From: Gemmatimonas sp.
Lineage (GTDB): Bacteria > Gemmatimonadota > Gemmatimonadetes > Gemmatimonadales > Gemmatimonadaceae
NCBI GenBank assembly: GCA_031414535.1
Contig: JANNVQ010000005.1
Coordinates: 115,331 to 179,330 of the forward strand
Length of the DNA: 64,000 nucleotides
Direction: 5' to 3'
The stretch's first letter is position 1. Every line of letters begins with the position of its first letter. A program made the translations under genes and the position numbers. Shown piece by piece: positions 1 to 8,732 of the stretch. The notes beneath the pieces are model-generated. The model had not been told where the DNA came from. It did not search any database and saw nothing but the letters and a program-made list of their open reading frames with translations.

Positions 1-9
1 AACGGAGAC

Positions 10-318
10 GTGAGCGCCGCATCAAACGGAGGCTCCGTACGCGCCAATACGGTAAACGGCAGCATCCGTGCTCGCGGGCAAGTGAGCAGCAATGGGCTCG
101 AGTACTCAACGGTGAACGGATCCATTGAGATTGAGCTGCCTACCAACGCCAACGCCGATGTGGACTTGAGCACCGTGAACGGCCGCGTGACCAGCGACTT
201 CCCCATCACCTTCACTGGTGAGATTAACCCACGCCATATCCGCGCCGAGTTGGGCAGCGGTGGACCACGACTGCGGGCACGCACGGTGAACGGCGGCATC
301 AGGTTGCTCAAGCAGTAG
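10..318 (+). CDS. DUF4097 family beta-strand-repeat protein, C-terminal part (gene begins before the window)
   Basis: Repeated 'TVNGSI/TVNGRV/TVNGGI' motifs; C-terminus 'AELGSGGPRLRARTVNGGIRL' is typical of DUF4097; the frame is open to the window edge. Confidence 0.8.
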   Translation: MSAASNGGSVRANTVNGSIRARGQVSSNGLEYSTVNGSIEIELPTNANADVDLSTVNGRVTSDFPITFTGEINPRHIRAELGSGGPRLRARTVNGGIRLLKQ

Positions 319-328
319 CAAATCTCCA

Positions 329-354
329 GAAACCGATGCATCGGCGGCGCCGTA
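329..354 (+). promoter_or_regulatory. Candidate ECF sigma promoter (GAAAC-N17-CGTA)
   Basis: GAAAC at 329-333 and CGTA at 351-354 upstream of a DUF4097 gene; resembles the SigW-type consensus. Confidence 0.3.
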
Positions 355-390
355 GATTGGGATAGCACCCCTCTCTGATCGGAGCCGCCG

Positions 391-1263
391 ATGTCGTTTC
401 GCCCCTTGATGGTTCTCGCCGTCGCATCTCTTGCCGCCTGCCACGACGAAGTGAGTGCCGGGCCGGAGCGGGAGCGGGCCGAGGTCTTTAGCTACGCCGC
501 GGTGGTTCCGGCGGGGCAGACGCTGTATCTGCGCGACATGGTGGGCTCCATCACCATCGAGCCCGCCACTGACGATACGCTCCGAGTGGTGGCCGACATG
601 AAGTGGCGCGGCGATTCTACGCCTCCCAGCGAGGTCAGCTTCAGCGGCAGCACCGTGGCCGATGGCGCGCTCGTGTGCGCGATCTTTGGTGGCGCCGTAT
701 GCTCGGTGGACAACTATGACGGCAAGAGCAACGGCAGCGGCATCAGAATCGGCGAGGGCGGTCTCAAACTGGGATTCGGCGGTGACCGCAATGCCGAGGT
801 GCACTTCCGGGTGCGTGTGCCCGCCGGTGTGAAGTTAGATCTCGTGATGGTGGAGGGCGACTTGGTGTCGGCATCAAGCGCGCCGGTGAGGGCTCGCGGC
901 ATTAACGGCAGCATCACCATCGTGACCAGCGTGGGCCCGGTCACCGCCAAGACGATCAACGGCGACGTGGACGCGCGGATGTCGTCTCTGTCTGGCGCCG
1001 ACTCGGTGGTCGTGGAAACCGTGAACGGTTCGGCCTACCTCTTCCTGCCCGAGACCGCGTCTGCGAACGTGGACCTCGGCAGCACCAATGGAACGCTGAC
1101 CACCGACTTCCCTGGCTTCGCCGAGCGCGAAAACTTTACTAAGCAGATCCGCGCCACGCTGGGTGCCGGCCTCACTCCGGTGCGCGTGCGCACCCTGAAT
1201 GGCGATGCGCAGCTGCGACGCCTCGACGCGCAGGGCCGCGCCTACGACATTGCCGCGCCCTAG
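391..1263 (+). CDS. DUF4097 family lipoprotein
   Basis: Lipobox 'LAAC'; 'TINGDV', 'TVNGSA', 'TNGTL' and 'TLNGDA' repeats; GGAG upstream. Confidence 0.75.
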   Translation: MSFRPLMVLAVASLAACHDEVSAGPERERAEVFSYAAVVPAGQTLYLRDMVGSITIEPATDDTLRVVADMKWRGDSTPPSEVSFSGSTVADGALVCAIFGGAVCSVDNYDGKSNGSGIRIGEGGLKLGFGGDRNAEVHFRVRVPAGVKLDLVMVEGDLVSASSAPVRARGINGSITIVTSVGPVTAKTINGDVDARMSSLSGADSVVVETVNGSAYLFLPETASANVDLGSTNGTLTTDFPGFAERENFTKQIRATLGAGLTPVRVRTLNGDAQLRRLDAQGRAYDIAAP

Positions 1264-1559
1264 GACTTGGACGCGACCGCGCCATCCACGAGCGCAGCGA
1301 GTCGGAAATCGAGGTCGGTCAGTCCATCTTGGTCGTGCGTGGAGAGCGTCACGGTGACCTTGTTGTAGCGCAGGTCCACATCAGGATGGTGCTCCAGCTC
1401 CTCGGCCGGCTCCACCAACCGCGAGATGAAGCTGACCGCGCCGGGGAATCCCGAAAACGCGAAGGTGCGCGTGATGCTGTCACCGCTCCGTGACCAACCG
1501 GGCAGCGTTCGCAACTTGTTGCCGATGGAGATGTCGTCGAGCCTAACTGGACGAACCAT
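1260..1559 (-). CDS. phhB: Pterin-4-alpha-carbinolamine dehydratase
   Basis: Signature 'AEELEHHPDVDLRYNKVTVTLSTHDQDGLTDLDF'. Confidence 0.9.
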   Translation of the reverse strand: MVRPVRLDDISIGNKLRTLPGWSRSGDSITRTFAFSGFPGAVSFISRLVEPAEELEHHPDVDLRYNKVTVTLSTHDQDGLTDLDFRLAALVDGAVASKS

Positions 1560-1661
1560 AAAGGACTCCGCGTAGAGTAAGCCGTGAAAGTGAGGCCGGA
1601 TGGGTTTACGTTCAATGGTACACGAACGTCGAACGAGAACCTGCCCGCCCCCGGAGTTTCG

Positions 1662-2114
1662 ATGACCACCACAGACGCACTACCCCTCATACGACGCGGC
1701 ATGCTCGCCGTGCTCGTCTTTGGCTGCGTGGGCCTGATTGGGGAGCTGGTTCTCCTTGAACACTACACCGAAGTCATCCAGTTGCCCCCGCTGGTGCTCT
1801 GCGCATTGACGCTGGTGGCCATTCTTTGGCATTGGCAGAGCGGCAACAAGCCGAGCCTGCGCTTCCTGCAGGTAATTTCGCTGCTGCTCGTGGTGGCGGG
1901 TGCCGTGGGGGTATTTTTGCATATGGATAGCAACATCGAGTTCGAGCGTGAGCTCGAGCCCGATCTCGTGGGGATGCCGTTCTGGCTGAACGTGATTCGC
2001 GGCGCGACGCCAATGCTCGCACCAGGCACGCTCATTCAGTTTGGGATGTTAGGACTTCTTTATGCTTACCGTCATCCGGCGCTGAAGGCGCCAGGAGCAA
2101 GTGATGTTTCGTAA
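1662..2114 (+). CDS. Four-TM membrane protein of unknown function
   Basis: GGAG at 1653-1656 before ATG 1662; four hydrophobic segments; stop overlaps the next gene. Confidence 0.7.
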   Translation: MTTTDALPLIRRGMLAVLVFGCVGLIGELVLLEHYTEVIQLPPLVLCALTLVAILWHWQSGNKPSLRFLQVISLLLVVAGAVGVFLHMDSNIEFERELEPDLVGMPFWLNVIRGATPMLAPGTLIQFGMLGLLYAYRHPALKAPGASDVS

Positions 2115-2739
2115 GTCGTTCGCCGTGGCCGTCGTGGCCGCGTTGGTAGCCCTGCCGCTCAGCGCGCAGGTTGGAAAGTCCGTCACCGTGATGGAAGCCA
2201 ATTCCGCGCCCGAGGCGCAGATCGCCGCACTGCCGGGCATGAGCGCGGCAATCGCGAGAGAACTGGTGGCAGCCCGCCCGTTCAACTCGCCGCTGGCCCT
2301 CGATGCTTTCCTGAGCACGCGCTTGAGCGCTGAGCAGAAGACGGCGCTCTACCCGCGCTTGTGGATCCACATCAATCTGAACACGGCCACGCGTGAGGAG
2401 ATCATGCTGATTCCCGGCATGGGCCCGCGCATGCTGCGCGAGTTCAACGAGTACCGTCCGTACCGCGGCATCGCGCAGTTCCGCCGCGAGATGGCCAAGT
2501 ACGTGAATGCCGAGGAAGTGGCGCGGCTCGAGCAGTATGTGTTTGTGCCGATGGACCTGAACACGGCGAGCGACGAAGACCTGAACACGATTCCTGGCTT
2601 AGGCCCGCGGATGCTGCGCGAGTTCAAGGAGTACCGGCCGTACCGCGGCGTTGAGCAGTTCCGTCGCGAGATGGGCAAGTACGTGAACGCGGCCGAAGTC
2701 GCGCGCTTGGAGCGCTACGTGGAGATTCGCCAGCCCTAG
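2104..2739 (+). CDS. Secreted helix-hairpin-helix repeat protein (ComEA/PsbU-like fold)
   Basis: Signal peptide; 'LNTA..EE...IPG(M/L)GPR' HhH motifs; two near-identical 60-aa repeats plus one degenerate copy. Confidence 0.8.
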   Translation: MFRKSFAVAVVAALVALPLSAQVGKSVTVMEANSAPEAQIAALPGMSAAIARELVAARPFNSPLALDAFLSTRLSAEQKTALYPRLWIHINLNTATREEIMLIPGMGPRMLREFNEYRPYRGIAQFRREMAKYVNAEEVARLEQYVFVPMDLNTASDEDLNTIPGLGPRMLREFKEYRPYRGVEQFRREMGKYVNAAEVARLERYVEIRQP

Positions 2740-2752
2740 TTCTTAACGGCGT

Positions 2753-2820
2753 TCACCACGGAGACACGGAGGCGCGGAGACTACTTGAGCAGTCTCCGCG
2801 CCTCCGTGTCTCTGTGGTGA
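2753..2820. terminator. 30-bp stem-loop (REP-like), probable bidirectional terminator
   Basis: TCACCACGGAGACACGGAGGCGCGGAGACT, 8-nt loop, then AGTCTCCGCGCCTCCGTGTCTCTGTGGTGA (one G:U); T-tract follows; lies between convergent genes. Confidence 0.8.
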
Positions 2821-2833
2821 TGATTTTTCTTTT

Positions 2834-3229
2834 TTAGGGTCGCGCGGCGCAGAGATGCTGCATGGCCACGTGCGCGAAGGTGCTGGTCATCGCGGGGCCA
2901 AAACCTGGGATGCGCGGGGCGCTGCGGCGATACACGCGGTTGGCGCGTTCGTCGTGGTAAATGACGCTTTCGAGGACGGCCACCTTCTGCTCGGCGCAAT
3001 CGAACATTGCACGGGCGCGCGAGCCGGTGATGGGGCCTTCGGGCGTGCTTACCGGTTCGGCGTACACCGTGCGAACCTCGGCCACCTTCATGCCAGCGGA
3101 GTCCTTGACGCTGCGCGCGTCAATGAAGACGGGATTGCCCGTGGAGGTCTTCCCGATCTCGGTCCAGCGGACGTTGCCCTGAGCAGCGAGGGCAGACGAG
3201 CAAAACAGTAGAGTGACGAGCAGTCGCAT
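2834..3229 (-). CDS. Secreted surface-adhesin E-like protein
   Basis: Signal peptide 'MRLLVTLLFCSSALAAQ'; W...vFID..SV, 'FDC' and terminal 'HLC' pattern. Confidence 0.6.
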   Translation of the reverse strand: MRLLVTLLFCSSALAAQGNVRWTEIGKTSTGNPVFIDARSVKDSAGMKVAEVRTVYAEPVSTPEGPITGSRARAMFDCAEQKVAVLESVIYHDERANRVYRRSAPRIPGFGPAMTSTFAHVAMQHLCAARP

Positions 3230-3234
3230 TTGAG

Positions 3235-3444
3235 TTAGTTGAGTTGCACGAGCCGCACGACGCGGCCCCCGCATGTTCCACACTTGCCGATCAGCGCAAG
3301 TTCCTTGTCGCGCAGTTCGGCTTCCGTCAGATCGAAGTGGCGTGTGGCGAGGCAGCGGGCACAGAAGCCACTGTCGAGCAGCTTGGCACGGGTCTCCTCA
3401 GGAACGCGGTCCCAAATGGCCTGCGCCTGCGGGGTGAACGCCAT
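3235..3444 (-). CDS. Small zinc-ribbon-like protein
   Basis: 69 aa with CARC and CGTC pairs; GGAG RBS; packed in tandem with the adjacent gene. Confidence 0.65.
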   Translation of the reverse strand: MAFTPQAQAIWDRVPEETRAKLLDSGFCARCLATRHFDLTEAELRDKELALIGKCGTCGGRVVRLVQLN

Positions 3445-3575
3445 GCCAGCTCCGGCTATGGGGGAAGGCTACTTGTCTACCCTCAGATTGTACGGTCACG
3501 GCGCCGGGCGCTAGGGTACTAGGGCGATTGCACGTGTCCGGTTGACAATCGGCGTGTGGCGTGGCGTCTTCAAGC

Positions 3576-3914
3576 ATGCGAAGTGCCGCCCTTGCCCTCA
3601 TCCTGCCGCTCGCGGTTCTCGGGGCCTGCCAACCGCGCGCAGACCAGACCAGCGGCCCCCGTTGCGAGGGAAGCGCGGCTCTGGCCGTGTCGCAGACGGG
3701 AACCCTAAACGTGGTATGGGGCGCCGGCACGCGCTTCTACGTTCGGGTGGGTGAGCGCACGCTGGAACTGCTCATTGACCGCCCTGACCTTGTGAGTTCA
3801 GACATCCTCCAGGGGCTCGCCACGCGCAGGGTGCGCGTGGACGGCCGCGAGTCCACCAGCGCCGCCAAGGTTTGCGCCGACGCGGTCACCGCACTTGAGG
3901 GTTCGTCGCGATGA
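3576..3914 (+). CDS. Hypothetical lipoprotein
   Basis: Hydrophobic signal with lipobox 'LGAC'; stop overlaps the start of the protease gene (ATGA). Confidence 0.6.
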   Translation: MRSAALALILPLAVLGACQPRADQTSGPRCEGSAALAVSQTGTLNVVWGAGTRFYVRVGERTLELLIDRPDLVSSDILQGLATRRVRVDGRESTSAAKVCADAVTALEGSSR

Positions 3915-5959
3915 TGGGTCGGGTTCTAATCTGCCTGCTCTTGCTAGCCCCAGCGCTCGCGGGCGCGCAGGCTGCGTCCGTCTCCGGCCGCGTGCACATC
4001 ATTTGGGACACCGACAAGCTTGGGCAGGGGGCGCAGTACTTCGTGGTGCCGACGGACGGCGGCGCGGCACTGCGCATCACCCCGAGCAGCCGCGCGCAGG
4101 CTGAGCAGCTAGTAGACTTGGATCGGCAGCTCGTTCAGGCATCCGTGCAGACGCGGTCCAGCGCGCTGGCCGGTGAGCAGCGCGCGCATTTGCTCTCCGT
4201 TTCGCGTGCGGAGTCGAGTGGACGCGGCAACCTGCAGGCGGACGCCTTTCAAGACCGCACGTACAATTTTGCGACCATCATGTGTCGCTTTGCGGATGAT
4301 GCGCGCGAGCCTTTTTCGGCAGCGCAGCTCGCGGTGCCGCACGGATCCACTTTTCCGGGCCTGCGGTATCACTACCTCGAGATGTCCGAGCACGCGAGCA
4401 TCATGACCGGCAGCCAGATCTACGGCTGGTACACACTGCCGCGTCCTCGCTCTGGTTACATCACTGGTACGAGCACCAGCTTTGGACTGGTGGCGCAGGA
4501 GTGCGCGGCGGCGGCGGAGGCGGACGTCAACTTCGCCAATTTCTACGGCATCAACATGCAGCTCAATGGGGCCTTCAGTACGCGGCCCACCGCGCCATTT
4601 GACACGCTCTCGTTTGGTGGAAGCTGGACGATGACGCTCGATGGGCAGACGAGGAGTTGGGGCGTGACGTGGATGAGCGGCATCCACGCATCCAACTATG
4701 TGGTGCTGCACCACGAGGTGGGCCACGCCATCGGGTGGCCGCACTCGTCGGGTGATTACGGCCTAGAGTATGACTCGCGCTGGGACTTGATGAGCGTTGG
4801 CTACATCACCTTCCAGAACCCGTGGGGTTGGCGCGGACCGCACACGATCATGTCGCATCGGCAAGCGGCCGGCTGGGTGGCGCCGGAACGCGCCTTCGCG
4901 CCTGCCATGGGTTCGAGCAGCTCTGTCAGACTGGCCCGATCAGCGCTGTCCCCGGCCACTGGCTACCAGTTGATTGAAGTGCCCATTGATGGCACGCGGC
5001 GCTACGTCGTGGAGGCGCGCATCGCGGCCGGACTGGACGTCGGCACGCCGGGCCCTGCCGTCATCATTCACGAAGTGCGTGGCGCACTGCGTTCCTACGT
5101 CGTAGACCCGGACCGCAATGCGAATCCCAACGATGAAGGCGCCAAGTGGAATGTCGGCGAGACCTTTGATGACCCCACCGCGGGCTTTGCGCTGAGGGTT
5201 GATTCGATGGACTCAACCGGATTCAACGTCACCGTCACCCGCGGCTGGACCTTGAACGTGAATGTCATTGGCACGGGCACGGTGACCGTGACTCCAGCGG
5301 GGCAAAGTGCCACGGTATGCTCGGGCCCCTGCACAAGATTAGTGGGAACGCTTGGCTCAGCGGTTCAGCTGACAGCGGCTGCGAGTTCGGGGTTGCAGTT
5401 TGTCGGCTGGCAGGGCGACTGCACTGGCACGGGCGCCTGCAACGTGGTGATGAATGGCACGCGCGCCGTCAATGCCGTCTTTAGCGCCGTACCGGTGTTC
5501 GTGACGACCTCGCTCAGTGCCGGCGTGATGGGTGCGAACTACTCGCAGTCCCTGCAAGCGACTGCTGCGGGCGGTGTGAACAGCTGGGCCATTCGCGGGG
5601 GAGCGTTACCGACTGGGTTGCAGTTCAATACCACCTCAGGCTTGATCTTCGGAGTGCCAGAGGCATCGGGAACCTTCAATGTCACCGTTGCCGCAATCTC
5701 CTATGGACTGGAGAGCACGCAAGCGCTCACGCTCAACATCACGCGGCCAGTTCTCGCCGTTGATGCCGTGATTGATCAAGTCGTAGGACTCGGGAGCATG
5801 TTGGAAGACCAACGCCGCTTTCTCGACCTCGCAGGCAATCGCAATGGTCGTGTAGACATCGGCGACGTGCGGGCCTGGCTCATTTCGGCGGGTCACTTGA
5901 GTGCTGCCGAACGCGAGGCTGCACTGCGCGCGCTTCCCTCTGCCCCGAGGACTCCGTGA
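3911..5959 (+). CDS. Secreted metzincin metalloprotease (M6/M11-like) with InlB-B-like repeat, putative Ig domain and EF-hand/dockerin-like C-terminus
   Basis: HEVGHAIGWPH zinc motif; Met-turn 'WDLMS'; 'FVGWQGDCTGTGACNVVM'; 'GALPTGL..NTTSGLIFGVP'; C-terminal 'DLAGNRNGRVDIGD'. Confidence 0.8.
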   Translation: MMGRVLICLLLLAPALAGAQAASVSGRVHIIWDTDKLGQGAQYFVVPTDGGAALRITPSSRAQAEQLVDLDRQLVQASVQTRSSALAGEQRAHLLSVSRAESSGRGNLQADAFQDRTYNFATIMCRFADDAREPFSAAQLAVPHGSTFPGLRYHYLEMSEHASIMTGSQIYGWYTLPRPRSGYITGTSTSFGLVAQECAAAAEADVNFANFYGINMQLNGAFSTRPTAPFDTLSFGGSWTMTLDGQTRSWGVTWMSGIHASNYVVLHHEVGHAIGWPHSSGDYGLEYDSRWDLMSVGYITFQNPWGWRGPHTIMSHRQAAGWVAPERAFAPAMGSSSSVRLARSALSPATGYQLIEVPIDGTRRYVVEARIAAGLDVGTPGPAVIIHEVRGALRSYVVDPDRNANPNDEGAKWNVGETFDDPTAGFALRVDSMDSTGFNVTVTRGWTLNVNVIGTGTVTVTPAGQSATVCSGPCTRLVGTLGSAVQLTAAASSGLQFVGWQGDCTGTGACNVVMNGTRAVNAVFSAVPVFVTTSLSAGVMGANYSQSLQATAAGGVNSWAIRGGALPTGLQFNTTSGLIFGVPEASGTFNVTVAAISYGLESTQALTLNITRPVLAVDAVIDQVVGLGSMLEDQRRFLDLAGNRNGRVDIGDVRAWLISAGHLSAAEREAALRALPSAPRTP

Positions 5960-6360
5960 TGATTCGGCCTCTGCGCTTTTCTCTGGCCTTGCTCGCGAGC
6001 TTCGCCCTGTTCGGCGCCTGCGACTCTGGGCCAACCGGTGGCGGCGGTCCGGGCACGCTGAAGGTTGTGCTCAGCTCGCCCAACGCTACGGATGACGCCA
6101 TCCTCATTCGTTTGGACGGCCCGGATATGAGCGATGTCGTGGTGAGCGGAACAGGACGGACGTCTTACGTGCGTACGGTGTCCGCCACGCGCATCGTCGT
6201 GGCGATTGTTGGCCCCGTGAGTTCGGGTGAGCAACTGCGCTTTGACGTGCCCGACACCAAGCGCAGCGCGGATTATCTGGCCACGGTGCTCGAGGTATCG
6301 GACGCGACCAACGCCCTGCGTGCCACGCCAGCCAGCTACACGCTACGCGTGCAGCGCTAG
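5956..6360 (+). CDS. Lipoprotein with a beta-rich domain
   Basis: Lipobox 'FGAC', Gly linker, beta-strand pattern; overlaps the protease stop (GTGA). Confidence 0.7.
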   Translation: MMIRPLRFSLALLASFALFGACDSGPTGGGGPGTLKVVLSSPNATDDAILIRLDGPDMSDVVVSGTGRTSYVRTVSATRIVVAIVGPVSSGEQLRFDVPDTKRSADYLATVLEVSDATNALRATPASYTLRVQR

Positions 6361-6367
6361 TCGCAGG

Positions 6368-7585
6368 TCAGTCCTGACCGGCCACGGTGTTGCGCATGGC
6401 GAGAATGCCCGCCGATGCAAACAGCAGCGCGGCAATCAGGAAGGGCAGTCCGGGCATGTGAATGGCCGACGTGGGCCTGATGGCCCACGCAAAGCTCAGC
6501 GTGAATAGTCCAGGGCCAAGCATGCCGGCGATGCCCATCAGTGAACTCGTCGCGCCCTGCAGGCGGCCCTGTTCACTCGGACCCACGCGCTTGGACATCA
6601 CGCCCATCAGCGAGGGATTGAACACGCCCGCCGGCGAGTACACGAAGATGGCCACCCAAAACAGCGGTACAGCCGCTGCGAGGCCGTACAAGGTGAATCC
6701 CACCGTGCCCGCCGTGGCCCCGATGGCCATTGCACGTCGCGCACCGAGTCGCTTCACCATCGGCCGTACCAAGCCGCCTTGCACGACGATGTTGGCGATG
6801 CCCACCACCGCCAGCGCAATGCCGACATCCTTAGAATCCCAGCCGTACTGATAGCTGGCCCAGAGCACGAACACGCTCGGGAAAACCGTGTGACCCAAGT
6901 TGTAAAGGAAGGACACGCCGGCGAGTCCGAAGAGTTCTTGATGTGCTCTCAGGAAGCGCAGCGATCCCATCGGATTGGCGCGCGCCCAACTGAAGGCGGC
7001 GCGCTTTTCCGCGGGTAGCGACTCCGGCAGCACAAAGAATCCATACGCCGCGTTCACGAGTGCGAGGATGCCCGCCACCCAGAACGGGAGGCGCGGATCG
7101 CTGGCCCCGAGAATACCGCCGAGCGCGGGGCCCACCACAAAGCCGAATCCCCACGCCGCACCTACGATGCCAAATGCGGCGGCGCGATTCTCCGGCTCCG
7201 TGACATCGGCGATATACGCCGAAGCCGTCGCAAAGCCGGACGCCGTCATGCCGGAGAGAATACGCCCAACCATCAGCCAGCCTAAACTCGGCGCCAGCGC
7301 CATGAAGACGTAGTCGAGGCCGAGCCCGAAGATGGAGAGCAGAAGCACGGGCCGGCGCCCGAAGCGGTCCGAGAGCGCGCCGAGCACGGGCGCGCAGAAG
7401 AACTGCATCAGTGCCCAGACTGTGCCGAAGAGACCGACCCATTCAGCGGCTCGTGCCGCGTCGTTGTCTACGAACGACTCGATGAGCTTGGGCAGGACGG
7501 GAATAATGATCCCGAACGCCACGATGTCGAGAACGATCGAGACGAAGATGAAGGCGAGGGCGGCGCGGCCGGCGGGCTTAATCAC
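6368..7585 (-). CDS. TCR/Tet family MFS transporter
   Basis: MFS motif A 'GALSDRFGRRPVLL'; 'AYIADVT.PENRA'; about 12 TM segments. Confidence 0.9.
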   Translation of the reverse strand: MIKPAGRAALAFIFVSIVLDIVAFGIIIPVLPKLIESFVDNDAARAAEWVGLFGTVWALMQFFCAPVLGALSDRFGRRPVLLLSIFGLGLDYVFMALAPSLGWLMVGRILSGMTASGFATASAYIADVTEPENRAAAFGIVGAAWGFGFVVGPALGGILGASDPRLPFWVAGILALVNAAYGFFVLPESLPAEKRAAFSWARANPMGSLRFLRAHQELFGLAGVSFLYNLGHTVFPSVFVLWASYQYGWDSKDVGIALAVVGIANIVVQGGLVRPMVKRLGARRAMAIGATAGTVGFTLYGLAAAVPLFWVAIFVYSPAGVFNPSLMGVMSKRVGPSEQGRLQGATSSLMGIAGMLGPGLFTLSFAWAIRPTSAIHMPGLPFLIAALLFASAGILAMRNTVAGQD

Positions 7586-7625
7586 GGGCGAAGTGTAACG
7601 ATTCCCGCCCCCGCCGTCAGGTCGT

Positions 7626-8108
7626 TCAGGCGCGCGAGACTCTCACGGTGCCCGCGACTTCGTCCAAGGTCACGGGATATCGCGTCAAGGGAGTAGGCGC
7701 GGGACCCGCGACGTTGGTACCCTCATCATTGAACTCCGACCCGTGGCACTGGCAGAGCAAGCGATTGGTCAGCACGGTGAAGATGCCGCAGCCCGAATGC
7801 GTGCAAATGTTGTTGAAGGCACGGTAGTCGTTGGCTGCGCGCTTCCACACGATCAGCTGCTGCGCGCCAATCACCAGGCTTCCCGTCGTCGCGGCGAATG
7901 ACGGCACGCGAGCGAGGGTGATGATGACATCCCGACCCTCGAGCCGAAATGCGTCAGGCTCGGGCTCGGTAATCATAAAGCCCCGTTCCTCGGAGCAGGC
8001 GGAGAGTGCGGCGGCGCCGAGTGCACAGACGACACAGGAAATCGCCTCGCGACGCGACACCAGCGGCGAGGTTGGCCCGCTCAGGGCTTGGCTGCCTAGG
8101 ATCTTCAT
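7626..8108 (-). CDS. Exported Rieske [2Fe-2S] lipoprotein
   Basis: CTHSGC and CQCHGS boxes, 'GPAPTPL'; SRRE twin-arginine-like motif and LSAC lipobox. Confidence 0.85.
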   Translation of the reverse strand: MKILGSQALSGPTSPLVSRREAISCVVCALGAAALSACSEERGFMITEPEPDAFRLEGRDVIITLARVPSFAATTGSLVIGAQQLIVWKRAANDYRAFNNICTHSGCGIFTVLTNRLLCQCHGSEFNDEGTNVAGPAPTPLTRYPVTLDEVAGTVRVSRA

Positions 8109-8222
8109 ACGGGTGAATCTGCGGCCAAGTCTGGGGTATGTCTACTTGGCTTTGCTACATGCGCTAGGATAATGAGGTAAGCACGCGCTGAGTTTGAGCC
8201 CTGAATTTCTCGGGAGGCCGCT

Positions 8223-8732
8223 ATGACTTTGACGTCTGGACCAAATACAGAAGATGGCGAGTTGCCCTGTGAGGGGCGTCGGGACTTCATCCGTGCCGGC
8301 CTAATGGCGGTGGGTGCGCTCGCCACCTTGGGCGTAACTCCTGATGACCTAGCCGCGCTCGAAGCACGCTTCTCTACGGGCATTCGCGACGGGGCCGAGC
8401 TGCGCTTACCGCTCCCCACCGCAGATGGCGCCACCATCGACGTGTCCAATGATTTGATTATCGCGCGAGTGGGCGGCGTGGCCATGGCCTTCGTGCTGGA
8501 ATGCCCACACCGCGGCACCAACGTGCAGTGGCAGGGCAATCGGAGTCGCTTCTTCTGCCCCAAGCACCGCAGCACCTTCCAGCCCAACGGCGCTCGCATC
8601 GCCGGGCGCGCCGAGCGTGGGCTGGACCGCTACGCAATTCGTCGCGAGGGCAACGAGCTGGTGGTGAACACCTCCACCAAGCTGCGCAGCACCAATACGG
8701 CCGCTTGGACGGCCGCGCAGGTCACGCTTTGA
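8223..8732 (+). CDS. Tat-exported Rieske [2Fe-2S] protein
   Basis: 'GRRDFI' Tat motif; CPHRG and CPKH boxes; GGAGG RBS. Confidence 0.85.
   Translation: MTLTSGPNTEDGELPCEGRRDFIRAGLMAVGALATLGVTPDDLAALEARFSTGIRDGAELRLPLPTADGATIDVSNDLIIARVGGVAMAFVLECPHRGTNVQWQGNRSRFFCPKHRSTFQPNGARIAGRAERGLDRYAIRREGNELVVNTSTKLRSTNTAAWTAAQVTL

Noticed and set aside
1606..1640. CGTTC-N10-GAACG inverted repeat and GAAC repeats as a LexA box
   Set aside because: Short, spacing does not match known boxes, and it differs from the motif at imuA
6368..7585. Acquired tetracycline resistance gene tetA
   Set aside because: Only family-level similarity; no tetR or mobile context, and composition matches the host
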